DNA of 62,070 nucleotides, the filler included, from Rhabdomonas costata (Eukaryota): NCBI GenBank assembly GCA_019059605.1. It is 29 parts of 29 records of this genome, joined end to end, with 100 filler letters (N's around TTAATTAATTAA, not from the genome) between each part and the next. Parts side by side here need not be neighbours in the genome. Positions count along the whole stretch, not along the records: positions 49,303 to 51,347 come from JAHMHO010006144.1; positions 51,448 to 53,491 come from JAHMHO010006145.1; positions 53,592 to 55,634 come from JAHMHO010006146.1; positions 55,735 to 57,777 come from JAHMHO010006147.1; positions 57,878 to 59,919 come from JAHMHO010006148.1; positions 60,020 to 62,070 come from JAHMHO010006149.1; 23 more parts are not named here. One strand, given 5' to 3'. The notes beneath the pieces are model-generated. The model was not told the DNA's origin and made no database searches. It was given only the letters and a program-made list of their open reading frames with translations. Numbering within the stretch: the stretch's first letter is position 1; each line of letters begins with the position of its first letter. The translations under genes were made by a program, and so were the position numbers. Positions 49,359-62,070 of the stretch are shown here, piece by piece.

Positions 49359-51037
49359 CAGCTGGCTGGAGATGTCCGAAAGACGCTCCACAATCAGCTC
49401 CACCGCCCCGACAGTGAGCTGCGTGGTGAGAGGCGGCGGGAGCACCGCGCGCAGTTCGGCCGATGTGACGGTGAGGTATTGCAGCAGAGAGGCAAGGTCG
49501 CTTCCCGCGCTGTGGCCCCGCTCGTCCGCCCATGACGCGGGGGTCATCGTGGCCAAAAAGCTGCGCACCTGTGTTTGTGCGTGTGCGTGTGCGTGTGCGT
49601 GTGCGTGTGCGTGCGCGTGCGCGTGTGCGTGTGCGTGTGCGTGTCTATTTTGTACTGCAATATACAGGGATCAAGCTTAAGCACAGGAAAAAGTGGAGAG
49701 AAGAAGAAGAATCGGAATAATGGAGTGATTGGAACAGCGGAGGAAGAACGCACAGAAGAGGAGTGGGGTTGCAACAAACAACAGCTGGGAATCGATCCCT
49801 CCCTCCCCTGATTTCGGCATCCACGGTCAGTGAAAGGGAGCGGTGTGACTTAAGGCCTGGGTTTCGTGGAAGGAAGGAAGGAGGGAAGACAAGGGCAATC
49901 TCACCTTCTCCTTGAAGAACTCTGTGACGCGCTCTTCGCAACTCACCGCGACCCCGGCCAGGCTGATCCTTGCATCCTCAAAGAGGGTGCCTGCGTTGAA
50001 CCGCCGGCCCGAGATCGCTGCAAAGCTGAGAGAAGAGGAGGAAGCATAAATGGCTCACGCAACCGTTTCCTTTGGAAAAACGAACAAAATGGTGCCTTCA
50101 TAAAAACGGAAGCCATTTCGATCAGCGGGCAATGGGTGAATGTGGGTGACCACGGGCCAACCGAGTCTCCAGCACAGGCAAGGCCGCAAGCACGGCGGTG
50201 GAGTTGCCGTAGATACGCGAGAAGTGCACCGTGTTGTTCACCCCAAGCTTACTCAGCTGAGAGCGAAAAAGCAACCCCGCACCAGCGCCAGCAAAGGTGC
50301 TGTTCTGCATTGCCAATGAGTGTATCTGTTGTCATTATACTGCCTTATCATCGTGCACCATGCAAGTCGGGAGTAGAGATGCATTTTTTGAGGGGGGGGG
50401 GGGGGGGGGTACAGTACGGGAATTCAGGCACTGATCCACCAATATCTCGAGACATACCCCCCCCCCCGATGACTCGAGGAATTTGGCGGAGTAAGTGCCC
50501 TTAAGCCGGGAATAAGACTTCACTCAGGAATCGCCCGGCCAGGGCGATGAACGGCACACAAAAGATTGCGTTTTATGCACAGCGTTCTTTTGGCGGCGAA
50601 GGCCAGCGTCGCGGCGGGCGGAGCGGCCCACTGAGGCGCGGACGTTGACTGGGGGCTATTGCGGAGACTGCGTGGTCTGCGCGCCGTCTGTAGGGCGCTT
50701 CGGTTAGCAGAGTCTACCAACATGCTTACGTCCATCATCGTTTAACGTTGCTTAGCGTGTGGTGGTGTAACATCGCACCCGTAACAGAAGGACATATTTC
50801 AGCACGAAAAGTCACAGCTCGTACTAATCAAAGTGCAAGACAAAACACAGGCACTGCAAATGCGACACACGCATTAAACGACACCCGACAAGAACATTGC
50901 AAACGGCAACAGAAGCTGGGAAACGCGTGTTAACCAACCCATTTACTCGCGCGAGAGAGGGACACCACAGCGTACCCGCAGCTGCAGCTTCAGCGACCAG
51001 CTAAACAGCAGAGCGGTGACCCCTCGGTGAACGGAAT
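49359..51037 (-). CDS. Exocyst Sec15/EXOC6-like protein, four internal exons
   Basis: ...SRIYGNSTAVLAALPVLE...|FEDARISL..CEERVTEFFKEK|VRSFLA...SW......SDLASLLQYL......LP.......GAVELIVERL follows the Sec15 C-terminal pattern. Confidence 0.65.
49577..49643 (+). repeat. (TGCGTG)n microsatellite at an intron 3' end
   Basis: Directly visible. Confidence 0.95.
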
Positions 51038-54000
51038 CTTCCAGGTCAGAGAGATGGGCAACCAAAGAGAACCCTTTGCGCATGAAATCCTCAACAACCT
51101 ATGGGTGGATCATTCGTGTTTAGAAATGATCTGTGTCAACAGCAAGTGATATGGGAAGCAATCGGCAGCAGAAAGGTATCAGCGCAGTGTATACAAAAAA
51201 CTATGCATAAGGGGCGCAGGAAGAAAGGGAAGGCAGGATCCGATAAAGGCAAGAGGGGGGGGGGCACGAATTCCACACAAACGCAAAGAAAAAAATTGCC
51301 AAAGATAAACCTCAAGCTCTAAATCGGAAGTCTCGGGACAAAACCCCNNNNNNNNNNNNNNNNNNNNNNNNNNNNNNNNNNNNNNNNNNNNTTAATTAAT
51401 TAANNNNNNNNNNNNNNNNNNNNNNNNNNNNNNNNNNNNNNNNNNNNTGTGGGTACGAATGTAGCAGCGACACAGAGAGAAGAAATGGATCACAGGGCAA
51501 TGCTTTTGGAAAATGCTGGTTCCCGAAATGCTTTTTGCTTTTCCACAAGCATTGCCCTGTGATCCATTTCTTCTCTCTGTGTCGCTGCTACATTCGTATC
51601 CACACTGGGTCCACACTGGTTTTCCTTGCCTTTCTTCTTCCTGTTTTTTTGTTCGTGCTGACTCCTGCTACTGCAAGAACTTTTGTGCCGCAGTGCAAAA
51701 TCGTCTTCCCTCTTTACGGGTCTTGTTCGCCACCTCCACCTCGTTCTTTGTGTCTCCCGTAACAAAGAACTGCTGTTGTCAAAACAAGCAAGTACCACAT
51801 TGCACAAAGGCTCGCACTGAATTTCAGTCTTTTTCAGCCCCAAGATGATTTGTTGCACCCAAACGAGGACGTGCATAGGTGTGTGCATCTGAGAATTTTG
51901 TTGTTGTTGTTGTTGTTGTTGCTACACCCGACGAATGTTGTTTATGTCCGGTAAGCTGCCTGTATTCCCAGTTGGAGCCATGGTCCCCTGCCTCAGCGCT
52001 GTGCCGATGCTAACTCCTGACAATGAGTTAATCAAATATTGCTTCCCATTTCCACACTATTGCGGGTCTGTGACGGAATATGAGGCGATACTCCACGGCG
52101 CATAATCTCCGCAGAACTGTGAAAGGTGTGGAAGCTCTCATAATCGCTATTTTGACAGGAGTCGTCCTTCCATTTTCCTCGGATATATTTTTTTGGTGAG
52201 AAGGATGAGCTGGTACGTCCACAACCCTTACAGCTTGGACGGTACGTTGGCTTTTCTGATTTTTGAGAGGGAAGGTCGTAAAATTTGCTGAATGGCTGTG
52301 CTTTGTTGTCATGGAATGGGGTGAAAATGAAGGTGATCAGCTCCCCGAGAAGCGGACAGGAAGTGTGAGAGAGAATGGATGCGTGAAACCTCCTCAATAG
52401 AATGGCGTACCCTCGCAATGTACCGGGGGCGGCAAAAACTTCAGGACATATTCTTGTGGGCAGGTTTGGGATTTGCTTCGCAAAGAAATATATGAGTCGG
52501 CCTTTTTGTTGAGCTGGCAAATGGCCCCTGGCACTTGTTTTACATTGCAGGACGGCCAGCAGCATTTTTTGTGCGACTATTATCCAGCCTTTCTGCTGAA
52601 TTCCAACTGATAGGCAGCATTAGTATCCAATATCCAAAGCTTACTGGTATCAAGCACTCAAGCACCGTTGCAAAACGACGATGGCCTCGTGGAAAGCGCT
52701 CACAATGGCCTCGTGGAAAACGTCGTCACAAACATGCAGCAACCATGACATTCCCCATCGCACTCGGGAAGGGGGGGGGGCGATGTGCATATTCCCAAGA
52801 TCGGGAAAGCACTTACCCCCTCGGCGTGTATGTGCAAATGTCTGTGAAAACTGTTAAATGCCGCAGACATTCGCCTTCTTTCCAGACATATTGCCAGGCC
52901 AAAATTCGTCCGTTTTGGTTTCGGTGCCCTCTCAGTTCCGCTCAGCTCGAAAGTTGACATTCATTCACAGAGCTACGCTGCTCCCTTAGTTCACGTTTTT
53001 TTCACCCAGGTCCGGAGTGGATTCCTCCAAGAACTTTAGCGGGGTATATGTTGTGCCCCCGCCAAACAATGCCCTGATCAGGCCACATGGGGCACATGGG
53101 CATATGGTCATTGGCACATCGGGCACACGTCCGAATTACAACCCCTTTACCACAACCACATCGACACTTTTCCATTACCCCAAACTGCTAGTGAGCCTAA
53201 TCCCGACTTGCTGATTATATTCCAAACGTGGCACCTCTCCATTGCGTCTGCGTGCACATCCCCCCCATCTCTCTCTCGCCTGAACAGCTCGATGGGCTTT
53301 AGTGTTGAATAAGAAAAGTACCTCACCCCACTTTGGCGAAGCGGCGACACGGTGTCATGGACATTGCTTTTATCCACCAGGAACGATGCGGGGGTTATTC
53401 ATCCTTGCGCGTGCTCTTTGCATAGCAAGCGTGTGGATGCAGCACCAGTGCTCAAAAGAAAAGTAAGAAAACGCCTTACTACCACACCCCCNNNNNNNNN
53501 NNNNNNNNNNNNNNNNNNNNNNNNNNNNNNNNNNNTTAATTAATTAANNNNNNNNNNNNNNNNNNNNNNNNNNNNNNNNNNNNNNNNNNNNTTTTGTTTT
53601 TTTGGGGGGTGGGGTACCCGGATGGGTGAGGCTGTCATCGCCGCACGTGCCCCATCCGCGATCATCGAAGAAGGTCGGTAGCCCTGCAATGGCCCGCGCG
53701 CCCCGTCACCCTCTTAAAATGAACAGTCGTTGCACACCAACTATGAAAGTTTCGAGTGAAACGGAACGCCGCGCAGGCACACGTGCACAAAAATACTGGG
53801 TTGGTGTGCAGGGGTTCCTCTGGAAGAGGCTTCTCGGAGGGGTTCCCTCATCTTCAAAGTGCAATATCTGAGCGACGCGTCATCTAACCTCATGCACTGT
53901 CCCAATGCACGCGTGCTTCTCCGTACGTAGGGCCAGGTGCTGGTGTCTGAATGGTTTTACTGCACCAGAAATTCTGCATGGGAAGCAAGAGAACAGAGAG

Positions 54001-55763
54001 AATGCATACCAGGCGGCCGGCTGTGTAGGAAGCCCCGGATGCACCGCTCTGTTAGGGTAAGCATGGAGGGAGCGAGCAAGAAGGGAACCATTTCGTTCTT
54101 TTTTTCACCCTGGGTTTTGCTTCTGGGGGAAGACCAAGGAGCAGTTGATGGAAAACTTGTCCCACTCGAAGAAGAAACACAAAACCAGTAACTACTCAAC
54201 TTTCTTCAGTTCCAACGAAGGGCAGTGCCATTCACTGGGGGATTTGATGCGTCGCGTTAGTCTGGATCATAGCACCGTCACAATAATCAAATTCACACAT
54301 TCACTCTCCCTGCACATCTCCCCAAGCACATCAAGAGCCAAGCATAGGCTGCTCTTTGGGTTCAATGAACACGACGTAATACTTCCGAAGACTTCCAGTG
54401 TTGCGACATCGATGTAGGTGCTAGCAGAAGACGGCTGTTCGACGGGATCTTCGGGTTTAAAGTTCAGCCGCGGCTGCTCTTCGGTCTTCCGGCCACTCCC
54501 GCTATTTCCCGTATCGGCTTCTGATGAAAACGGTGGAGAATGAGGACTGCGCTTTTGGCCCTCGGAAAAGGGGGGCGCAGAGGACTGTTGCTGCCACCGC
54601 TCTGATGCGTGCACCGCGCCTGCCGACCACAGGCTCAAACCGGCACTCCCGCCCTCTAACAAAGATGTAGGAGGGGCTGAGCCCCCCCTCCCTAATGAAG
54701 GATGTGCTGCGTGTTCTGCGAGAAAAAAACTCCGCACACTGCCCCAGGCCAATGCCCCACAGCTCTGCGGGGAACTGCCCGTGACTGCCCGTGTCGATTC
54801 CACCCGTTATTACCTGCCCTTATTGCTTCGTTCGACTCGGCAAATTCTTGCTAATCGAATGAGTGTGTATTGGCTGCTGTTCAACGCACGATCGTGGATC
54901 TTCCTTCTGTGCTTTAGATTTTTGGTTGGGGAAGCATTTTGTCACTCGTTTCCTGTTCATTCGAGGAAGATGCCACAAAACCCGGCACAAAACATGGTAA
55001 AAAAAGCGCCTGCACGGGGAACCTTGTCATTACGAAGAGAGAGGTACATGTCTGTTCGTTGGTTTCATTTGTCAAGGATCGGGATCGGTGGAGGGCTCAA
55101 ATCCATCGCAAAAGAATCAAAGTGAGGTACTGAAGCGCACTGTGGAACGTCCCCATTGACCCCAGGAGCCGTCGTAAGGCTGATCCATCACATGAACGAG
55201 AGATACCGGATAAACCCGCATAACCAAGACGCCCTGTACAGAAAGGAGCCATTGTGCTTCCCTGGTCAGCAACCATCCGCTTCTTGTTACCGACAGTTCC
55301 TTTTCAGCAAATATGGAGGATGGAAGGGGCCATCAACCACTCTTGTCCGGGCTTGGGTGTCGAGAGCCGTCGCAACTGACGTGAAGGCTTGAGAGTCACA
55401 CATGAAGTCACACGTGAAGATCTGACGGTCTCAAGTCAGCTTCTTCCGTGTTCTTGCACTTTTGGCAAAATGGGATTTTATTCCCCTGCTTTCGTTCGCA
55501 TCGATGCTTTCCGATGAAGAGATAGGGAGGTATGCTGCATATATTCTACAGGGCAACCTGGACCCCACCTTCCACCTTGTCCCATTGGACCGCCACCACT
55601 ACTGTAGTCAGCATCCTTGCTGGAACAACAAAACNNNNNNNNNNNNNNNNNNNNNNNNNNNNNNNNNNNNNNNNNNNNTTAATTAATTAANNNNNNNNNN
55701 NNNNNNNNNNNNNNNNNNNNNNNNNNNNNNNNNNGGGTGGGTGTCAGCCTTCCTCTTCTGCAG

Positions 55764-57686
55764 GGGGAGCTACCCTGCGCGGGATGCGCAGCCAATGGGT
55801 GAGCTGGAAGGTCTTTGCCTCTTCAGCTCTGCTTTGTGTGGCGGTGGCTCGAGCCTGCTGGGCTTTCTCCTCATCGTATGCCCTGATTAGCGATGAGCTG
55901 AATGTAAAATATTGTCGGCGGTAACTCTATCCAGGCTTGGGGGATTTCAAAATACCCTAAAAACACACGGTTTTGGACGAAAATGCGGACTGAAGACTGA
56001 AGGGCGGAACTTGCGGTTCCACTAGTTTGGTGCGGTGTACCGCATGTTGTTGCGTATGTTTCATCAATAAGGCACACCCGAATAAGGTCTTCAGTTCTTC
56101 TGACTGTCGGGGTGCGTCGTGGAGTACATTGTCCACTACCATCCCCTGCAGACCTTCCGCACAGCCTTTCCTGTGCTTACCGTGGCCCGCGTGCCTCCCC
56201 CCTCGTGGACATGCTTCCGGTTCACGGGGACCTTCGGCGCGGAGGACCCGCGGCCGGAGACCACGTTTGTGGTGGAGGTGCCGCGGCAGGGGGTGTCCTC
56301 GCCTCGGGGAACGGCCCGGGTGGTGGTGTGCCTGAGCCAGGCCGACCCCAAGATGAGCCCCGAGCACAGTATCCGGAAGTCCTCGGGATACTTCAAAATT
56401 CGGTGTGTGGGGAGTGTGGGCTGCCGTTGCCACGCGACGAAGCTGTGTCGGCGATGGCTTTGACGTAGGGTGGGAGCCGTTGGGGCTTGACGTTTGGGAC
56501 TTCGAAAAGTTCGAATGTGTCACACCTGGGGATTGCAGGCTTGGCATTTGGGGCTCGGCTGCCTTTCAGGAGGACGGCTGCTTTTCCTTTATCTCTCTCT
56601 TCTGGATACCGGCTCAGTCTTGGTGACAAAAAACAAAAGGCCCGAAGGGGGGGGGTCACTACCGCAATGATGGGCTCACATTTTCATTGAGTTTTGTCGG
56701 GAAAGAGTATTTCTATCTCTTTTTGGGGGGGCACGGTGCGATCTCCCCTCGCGCGTTAAGCGCTGCCGAGACGGGAAGCATAGGCGAAGCGAGAAAGGGT
56801 ACGTGTGCGCTTGCGCACATGTGTGTATTCTCACCCTTGTCCCTTCCCTTTCCCAATTCACAACCCGCGACGTGCAAAGTCTGTCTCCGAAGCCAGGCCA
56901 CGCGCTATCTCGCCGCAGATTGTTCTGGAATAACGTGTGATCAGGGCTATTTCCGTTTCACGTTGTGTTGTGGATGCAGTTGGATACGGAGCAGTATTAA
57001 CAGCAGCAGCAATGCTGTTTACCAAGAACCCTGTTTCCCGGTTTCATCCCCGCCCCATGCCAAGCATACGTGTTTGAGAATCTTCATCCGTTGGGAGGGT
57101 GCCATTCTGTGGGTGAATGTGTGCGTATCCCGCTGGCACGCAGCTTGGCGGTAGCGTCGCTTTCGGGGATCCCCCCCACCTATGACGACCTCTCGCACAT
57201 GACTCTCGAGAGGGTGGGCGCGGTAGATCGCGCCCGTCGCCGCACCATCGTGTGCGAGCTAGACCTCCCCCCAGGTTTTGTTTTGTTTGTGCAGCACCGT
57301 GTGAAGGTTAGTCGCAACCCTGCGGAGAACAATTGGGTCACTACTACTGGTAATTGAGCTGCAATCCATGCTGTTTCGATTGTTAGGAAGTGGCGAAGCA
57401 GAAAGAAGGGCAAGAAGTGGGATAGGGGATCTCCGCATTGGCCTTGCTTAGCCTTTCTTCGAGGATGCGTGTGGTTAAGCGCACCCCGAAAAGCAGCTGT
57501 GCGCTTTAGGATTGTGGTAGGCGTGTTTGCATTTGTTACGAAACCGTGCATTTCGTATTATCCTCTTTTTTGTGATGCCCCTGATTATTCTGTTACAGGG
57601 TTCTTCAGTATCGTTCCCAAGGCTGACGATGGTTCTGGAGCATCGTTCGCTCTTCACGTGTACGCTCCTTCAACGGCCGAGATCCG
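55764..57686 (+). CDS. Calpain-like protein, end of catalytic domain and domain III
   Basis: QWVSWK|TFRTAFPVLTVARV...FTGTF...VVVCLSQAD...CELDLPP|GFFSIVP.......FALHVYA parallels calpain FWMS..DF and LPPG.Y.IVP..F.LRVF motifs. Confidence 0.75.
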
Positions 57687-57951
57687 GTATGCTCCCATTG
57701 CTCCCCAAAGGGTTACTGGCAATGGGTGTATTGACTCTGTTGCTGCTTTCGTTGGAACAGAAGCGCTCCGACCACAANNNNNNNNNNNNNNNNNNNNNNN
57801 NNNNNNNNNNNNNNNNNNNNNTTAATTAATTAANNNNNNNNNNNNNNNNNNNNNNNNNNNNNNNNNNNNNNNNNNNNGGGGGTGGGGCATCCTTTCTTTC
57901 ACTCATTCACTCACGTGGAGGAGAGCGATGAAGGAAAGAAAGGATGCCCCT

Positions 57952-59496
57952 TACCCAAGACGCGCGCAGTCTGGCTTATGGTACCGTCTTCTCTGACCAA
58001 TCTTTCTATGGCTGGGAGGAGATACGTACTCAACGTAACCAACTTCCAACGACGACGCTCAGGCTCACGCTGGCAAACACAAGAGTAAGACCGTCGGAGG
58101 ACAGTAGAAAAGAAATGGCCACGGCCTGTATGGAGGGCAGGGTGCTCAAAAGCGATTATTCATCGCCAGGAATCACAAACCATTGCTCAACATCAGTCAG
58201 TGTGACGCAAGAGGGGTCGTCATCAAAAAGGGAAGCCCTGAGTAGCAATCTAGGCGGGTTCTCCCAGGCCAATGTCCCAGTTACATTAATTACCATAAAT
58301 ACCAGCAGAAAGGCCGTTTTCCGGGGCTCTTCTGGGAACACCCAGTGGCTTATCCACGCGCCTTTGATATGGTACAGTAAAAACGAACGAAACAAAACAA
58401 GCAATCGTCGCTCAAGCAATAAACACCAAAAGCAGGAGTTCAAAGATCTGAGGAAGAGGAAAGAAAGACAGAAGTGGTGCAAGACTCGAGACTTAAGATT
58501 TAGTTCACGTCAAAAATACGAGAGCGCGGAGGGACCTGAGGGGAAAAGCCGGGCACTGCGGGTAAGCTCCTTGAAGATCCGCATCCTGTCCGTAGAGGTG
58601 GTAAGGCAGAGAATCAGGTTGGCCAAGATGCTGCCCCCCAAAAAGAAAAACAGGAAGAAGAACACAGCACAAGAGAAGAGAGAAAGCGACTTGGAGGGCG
58701 GCCACGAGAAGTCATAGCCCCACAGTGTTTCGCTGGGTACAGGGGAAGGGTGAGGTTGCGTGAGTCTCGGGACGCCGTGAAATAACACGAGGGTATCTGT
58801 ATGGATGTGCAGCTACGCTGGAGAACAAAGTAGGCCGGGTTGTTGGTGAGTTAGTTATCCCTTGATCCGAATACACAGCAACTCAATTGCATAATCTTCT
58901 TCTTCCAGAAAGAAGAGGTTTGCGATATGAGTGTATATAAGTGTAATTTCCCAGCGGGGCTGCGGTGCGCTGGCTACCCCCGCCCCAACTCTCTCCGCGA
59001 AGACAGGCACGGAGCCGAAGGCGCACCCTGCTTGCGCGAAGGCAAAGGGCTGTTGGTGGGCTGGAGCTTATTCTAAAGACCGGGGCAGTACCGACCTCTT
59101 CGGCTCGGGTGCATGTGTGTTTTTGAGAGAGGGAGGTGTCTTTTTTTTTTGAGGGGGTCACAGTATTATGGGAGTCGTGTTCTGCAGTGGGGATTTGGCC
59201 ACAAACGCCCGAAACCGAACACCAAAATAAGGGAGGCCATTCAGGTAACCGCCAAGCGACTAGGCAGCAGTTGGCAGCACACACACACAACACACACACA
59301 CACAGGCACACGAACCTCCGGTTAGAGCTCAGGACGAGCTCCGCGGGTGGGGAGACGAAGCGGTGCCCTGGCCCCAGGGGCAGCCACTGCGCCGCGGGGA
59401 GGTGGCCGTGGATGGCGGGGTGCCCGTACACCAGAAGCACAACCTCCGCCCCGGAGTCGCGCACGGCGCTAGGGCTCAGTCGGCAGTGCTCATCCG
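57952..59496 (-). CDS. Hypothetical protein, three probable exons
   Basis: DEHCRLSPSAVRDSGAEVVLLVYGHP..., ILANLILCLTTSTDRMRIFKELTRS and REPERRRWKLVTLSTYLLPAIERLV, each bounded by AG/GT. Confidence 0.5.
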
Positions 59497-60179
59497 CTTT
59501 TGGGGAGGGCGTGGGGGCAGTCACGAGAAAAGACGAGGAAAGCAGAAAGAGAGAGAGTTTTGAGCCTGTGCGTTTCATGACTGGATGAAAGCCTTACAGA
59601 AAACAAGGTCAAACCCAATTCCTGATGTTCACTTTCCAATTCGCATCGATCCAGTTGAGACCCGCCAAATACAAACACCATTGGCCACATGGAGTCAGCC
59701 ACTCAGGCCGCCGCGTGGAGTTCTCACCCCCTTCCCCTTCTCAGGCACCTCCTGAGGCGCACCAGACGGAGCTACCAACCGCTTTAACAACCAGCACCCG
59801 CAAAAGCTATCCTGCCTTCGGGGAGTTGAGAATGCTCCGAAAAAAAGCGGAGTTGTCGTCCGTTCGTTCGAGTTTCGTGAGTGTGTCAGCAATCTCGTTT
59901 CGATTGGCAGGTGACGGTTNNNNNNNNNNNNNNNNNNNNNNNNNNNNNNNNNNNNNNNNNNNNTTAATTAATTAANNNNNNNNNNNNNNNNNNNNNNNNN
60001 NNNNNNNNNNNNNNNNNNNGGTGGGGGGTGTCACATGAGTTCTAATGATGACCAGTTGCACACGTGAGGTCATCAGGAGGTTATTGAATGAGGTACTGGT
60101 GATCAAAACTTCAAAGGCCTCGCTTATATGCATTATGTTGGGCACATAGTGTGTGTGAGGTGTGAGTGTGTGTGGTGTG

Positions 60180-60278
60180 TGTGTGTGTGTGTGTGTGTGT
60201 TGGGCGCATTGCGCGCTGGCTGTTGCCTGGTGGACTGGTGGTTTGGTTGCTGGTGACCACTGTGAACTGACTGGCGCA
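60180..60278 (-). repeat. Dispersed repeat with (CA)n tail, copy 2
   Basis: Matches 2146-2241. Confidence 0.85.
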
Positions 60279-60633
60279 TCCGCTGTTGGCCACGGGTGCT
60301 CGCGAGAGGTGCCGTTGGAGCGAACGGTGCCGTGGGGAAACGGAACCGGGAATCGCCGAACGTTCCACATATGGTAACCTCCATTGTCGTATGTGTCTGC
60401 GTCTTTGAATGAAACACCAACACGTGTGCTTTAACGCACAAAAACGGCTGGAATTCATTCAAAAGTCCTCTTGCGGGTGGTGGCCGAGAACTGATGAAGC
60501 TGCCAATTCGGCCAGAAAACTGATGCTTAGCCCGTGTGAGCTCACGCGTATGTGCGTTGAGGTAGGTTTTTTATGTGATGACGCTAGGATGCTATAAATC
60601 CGCACCAAAACCCACCCCTCCCCGTGGAAATAC

Positions 60634-62070
60634 CACTGCAAACGTCCAGGGGGTAGCCAGGGCAGGCATCCTCGCACTGGAGCCCGAAGAGCCCTGTGGT
60701 GCACAGCTCGCAGCTCACGCCCTCCCAACCGGAGAGACACGAGCACAGCCCCACGGGAAGGCCATCCCCATCCAAGCCCTCGACACATTGCCCGCGCGCA
60801 TTGCAGACGGTCTGGTTGCTCATGGGGCACAGCACGGCACAGTTTGACCCGCCGTACCCCGGAGCACTATGATCCACCCACGCGATCGATTCCGTAGATA
60901 CAGCGATGGGTTTTGCGTAGTGCACATCCACAATCAGGGGGTGAAACAACGCCGCAGTATGGGAGATATTGGCGATGCCAAATGAGGATCTTCACCGATC
61001 GATGGAGATTCCATTCGGGTTGTGATAAATTTTGTGACAACAGCAGAGCTTAAATATAAATGCGCCAAATGACAGCCCTGACCCCCCTGCGTCCCAGCGT
61101 GTGCGGGGCTTGTGCAGGGGCACCTTTTATCAAAACGTGCTGCGCAAAAAAGCGATTGCCAGAAAATGGGTGTGAAGTCCTGCAAGCGTTCCGAATTGGA
61201 ACAAAGACTCTGGATACACAGTCCATCCTATGCCATGCAAACAGAATTGATAAGAAGTGTGCACGGATGCGTGCTGAAGGGAGGGAGATGCAGAGTCTCA
61301 TGCCATGTGCACTGGCCTGACCCCAGCAACCCATCATCACACAGCCCTGTGCCGGAGCAGGGCCCTGTTGTAGACGAGTACCCTGGGCAGGGCGCAGTGC
61401 AGTTGGGCCTGCAATGGAAAAAAATAGTAACATTGTGTGGCAAAGAAACAAATGAAGGGAACCGGACCCCTCGGCTGACCCAGTTCGGCTGACATAGCTG
61501 CAGCTGCCACGCGAGACCACGCGAGAATATGGAAGAAATGTGCGCCACCACTAAATCAGCGCGTACTTCTTCGCCTCAATCGCGGAACGAGCTATAGTGC
61601 TGCGTTCAGTGAAGTTAAACGTCTAATTGTTAGACGTGGAATTCTACACAAATTGATGGGCATTTTTGATTTACAAGTACTGGAAGTGATGTGCGATGCC
61701 CTCGAAGAGCTCGCTTTCACCCACCAACGTTGCCCCTAAAAACCTTCAATTAAAGTTAGAATTATGGAGGGGCAAGTGCAGAGACAACTTGGAGTGCAAC
61801 TCCTCGAACAGCTCGACAACTGGAACCAGATCACACGCCGTCCTTTAGACAACCTAAACTTTTGCAATACGGGCTGTGAAAACCTTCTCCAGGGCAAAAC
61901 GAAGCGCCGGGAACTTCTCCTGCCCAGGATTGCTCAAATGCGCTGCAGTAAAAAAAGCAGGGCACGGCGGCACCCGTAGTAGCCCGGTGCGCAGTCCTGG
62001 CACCCGCTGCCCGCCCAGTAGCCCACCTGAGGGCTGGCCCAGCACACGCACCGCCCAGACCCACCAACAA
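60634..62070 (-). CDS. Laminin-type EGF-repeat cell-surface protein, three exons, one GC-AG intron
   Basis: CVCWASPQVGYWAGSGCQDCAPGYYG|PNCTAPCP...CSGTGLCDDGLLGSGQCTC|APGYGGSNCAVLCP...CSCLSGWEGVSCELCTTGLFGLQCEDACPG. Confidence 0.9.

Noticed and set aside
51448-51604. ~65-bp inverted repeat
   Set aside because: It starts exactly at the contig start, with mismatches between the arms. Likely a fold-back chimera.

Overview
The window is not contiguous. It is about 29 unrelated ~2.05-kb contigs joined by artificial N-TTAATTAATTAA-N spacers. Most contigs are fragments of intron-rich nuclear genes from a eukaryote with GC3-rich exons, degenerate GT-AG donors and some GC-AG donors. The gene families suggest a euglenozoan, most likely a euglenid (inference). 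Recognisable genes include MAEA-like, PDI-like, J-domain, GluRS, GPS-domain membrane protein, CCDC162-like, nicolin-1, TRM11, Sec15-like, calpain-like and laminin-EGF proteins. There are also decayed Ty3/gypsy gag and pol remnants and a Merlin/IS1595-type transposon end. The standout is contig 38595-40637. Its minus strand carries cox3-, cox1- and cob-like sequence with no usable ORF, but long stretches become correctly spaced mitochondrial proteins (UGA=Trp) if only T/U residues are inserted and deleted. These are candidate U-indel-edited cryptogenes with unusually heavy U deletion, in a lineage where such editing is not known to me. Second-tier observations are an in-frame TGA at an expected Trp in a nuclear exon and three GC-AG introns that all start GCATG. 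All assignments are by eye, without database searches.
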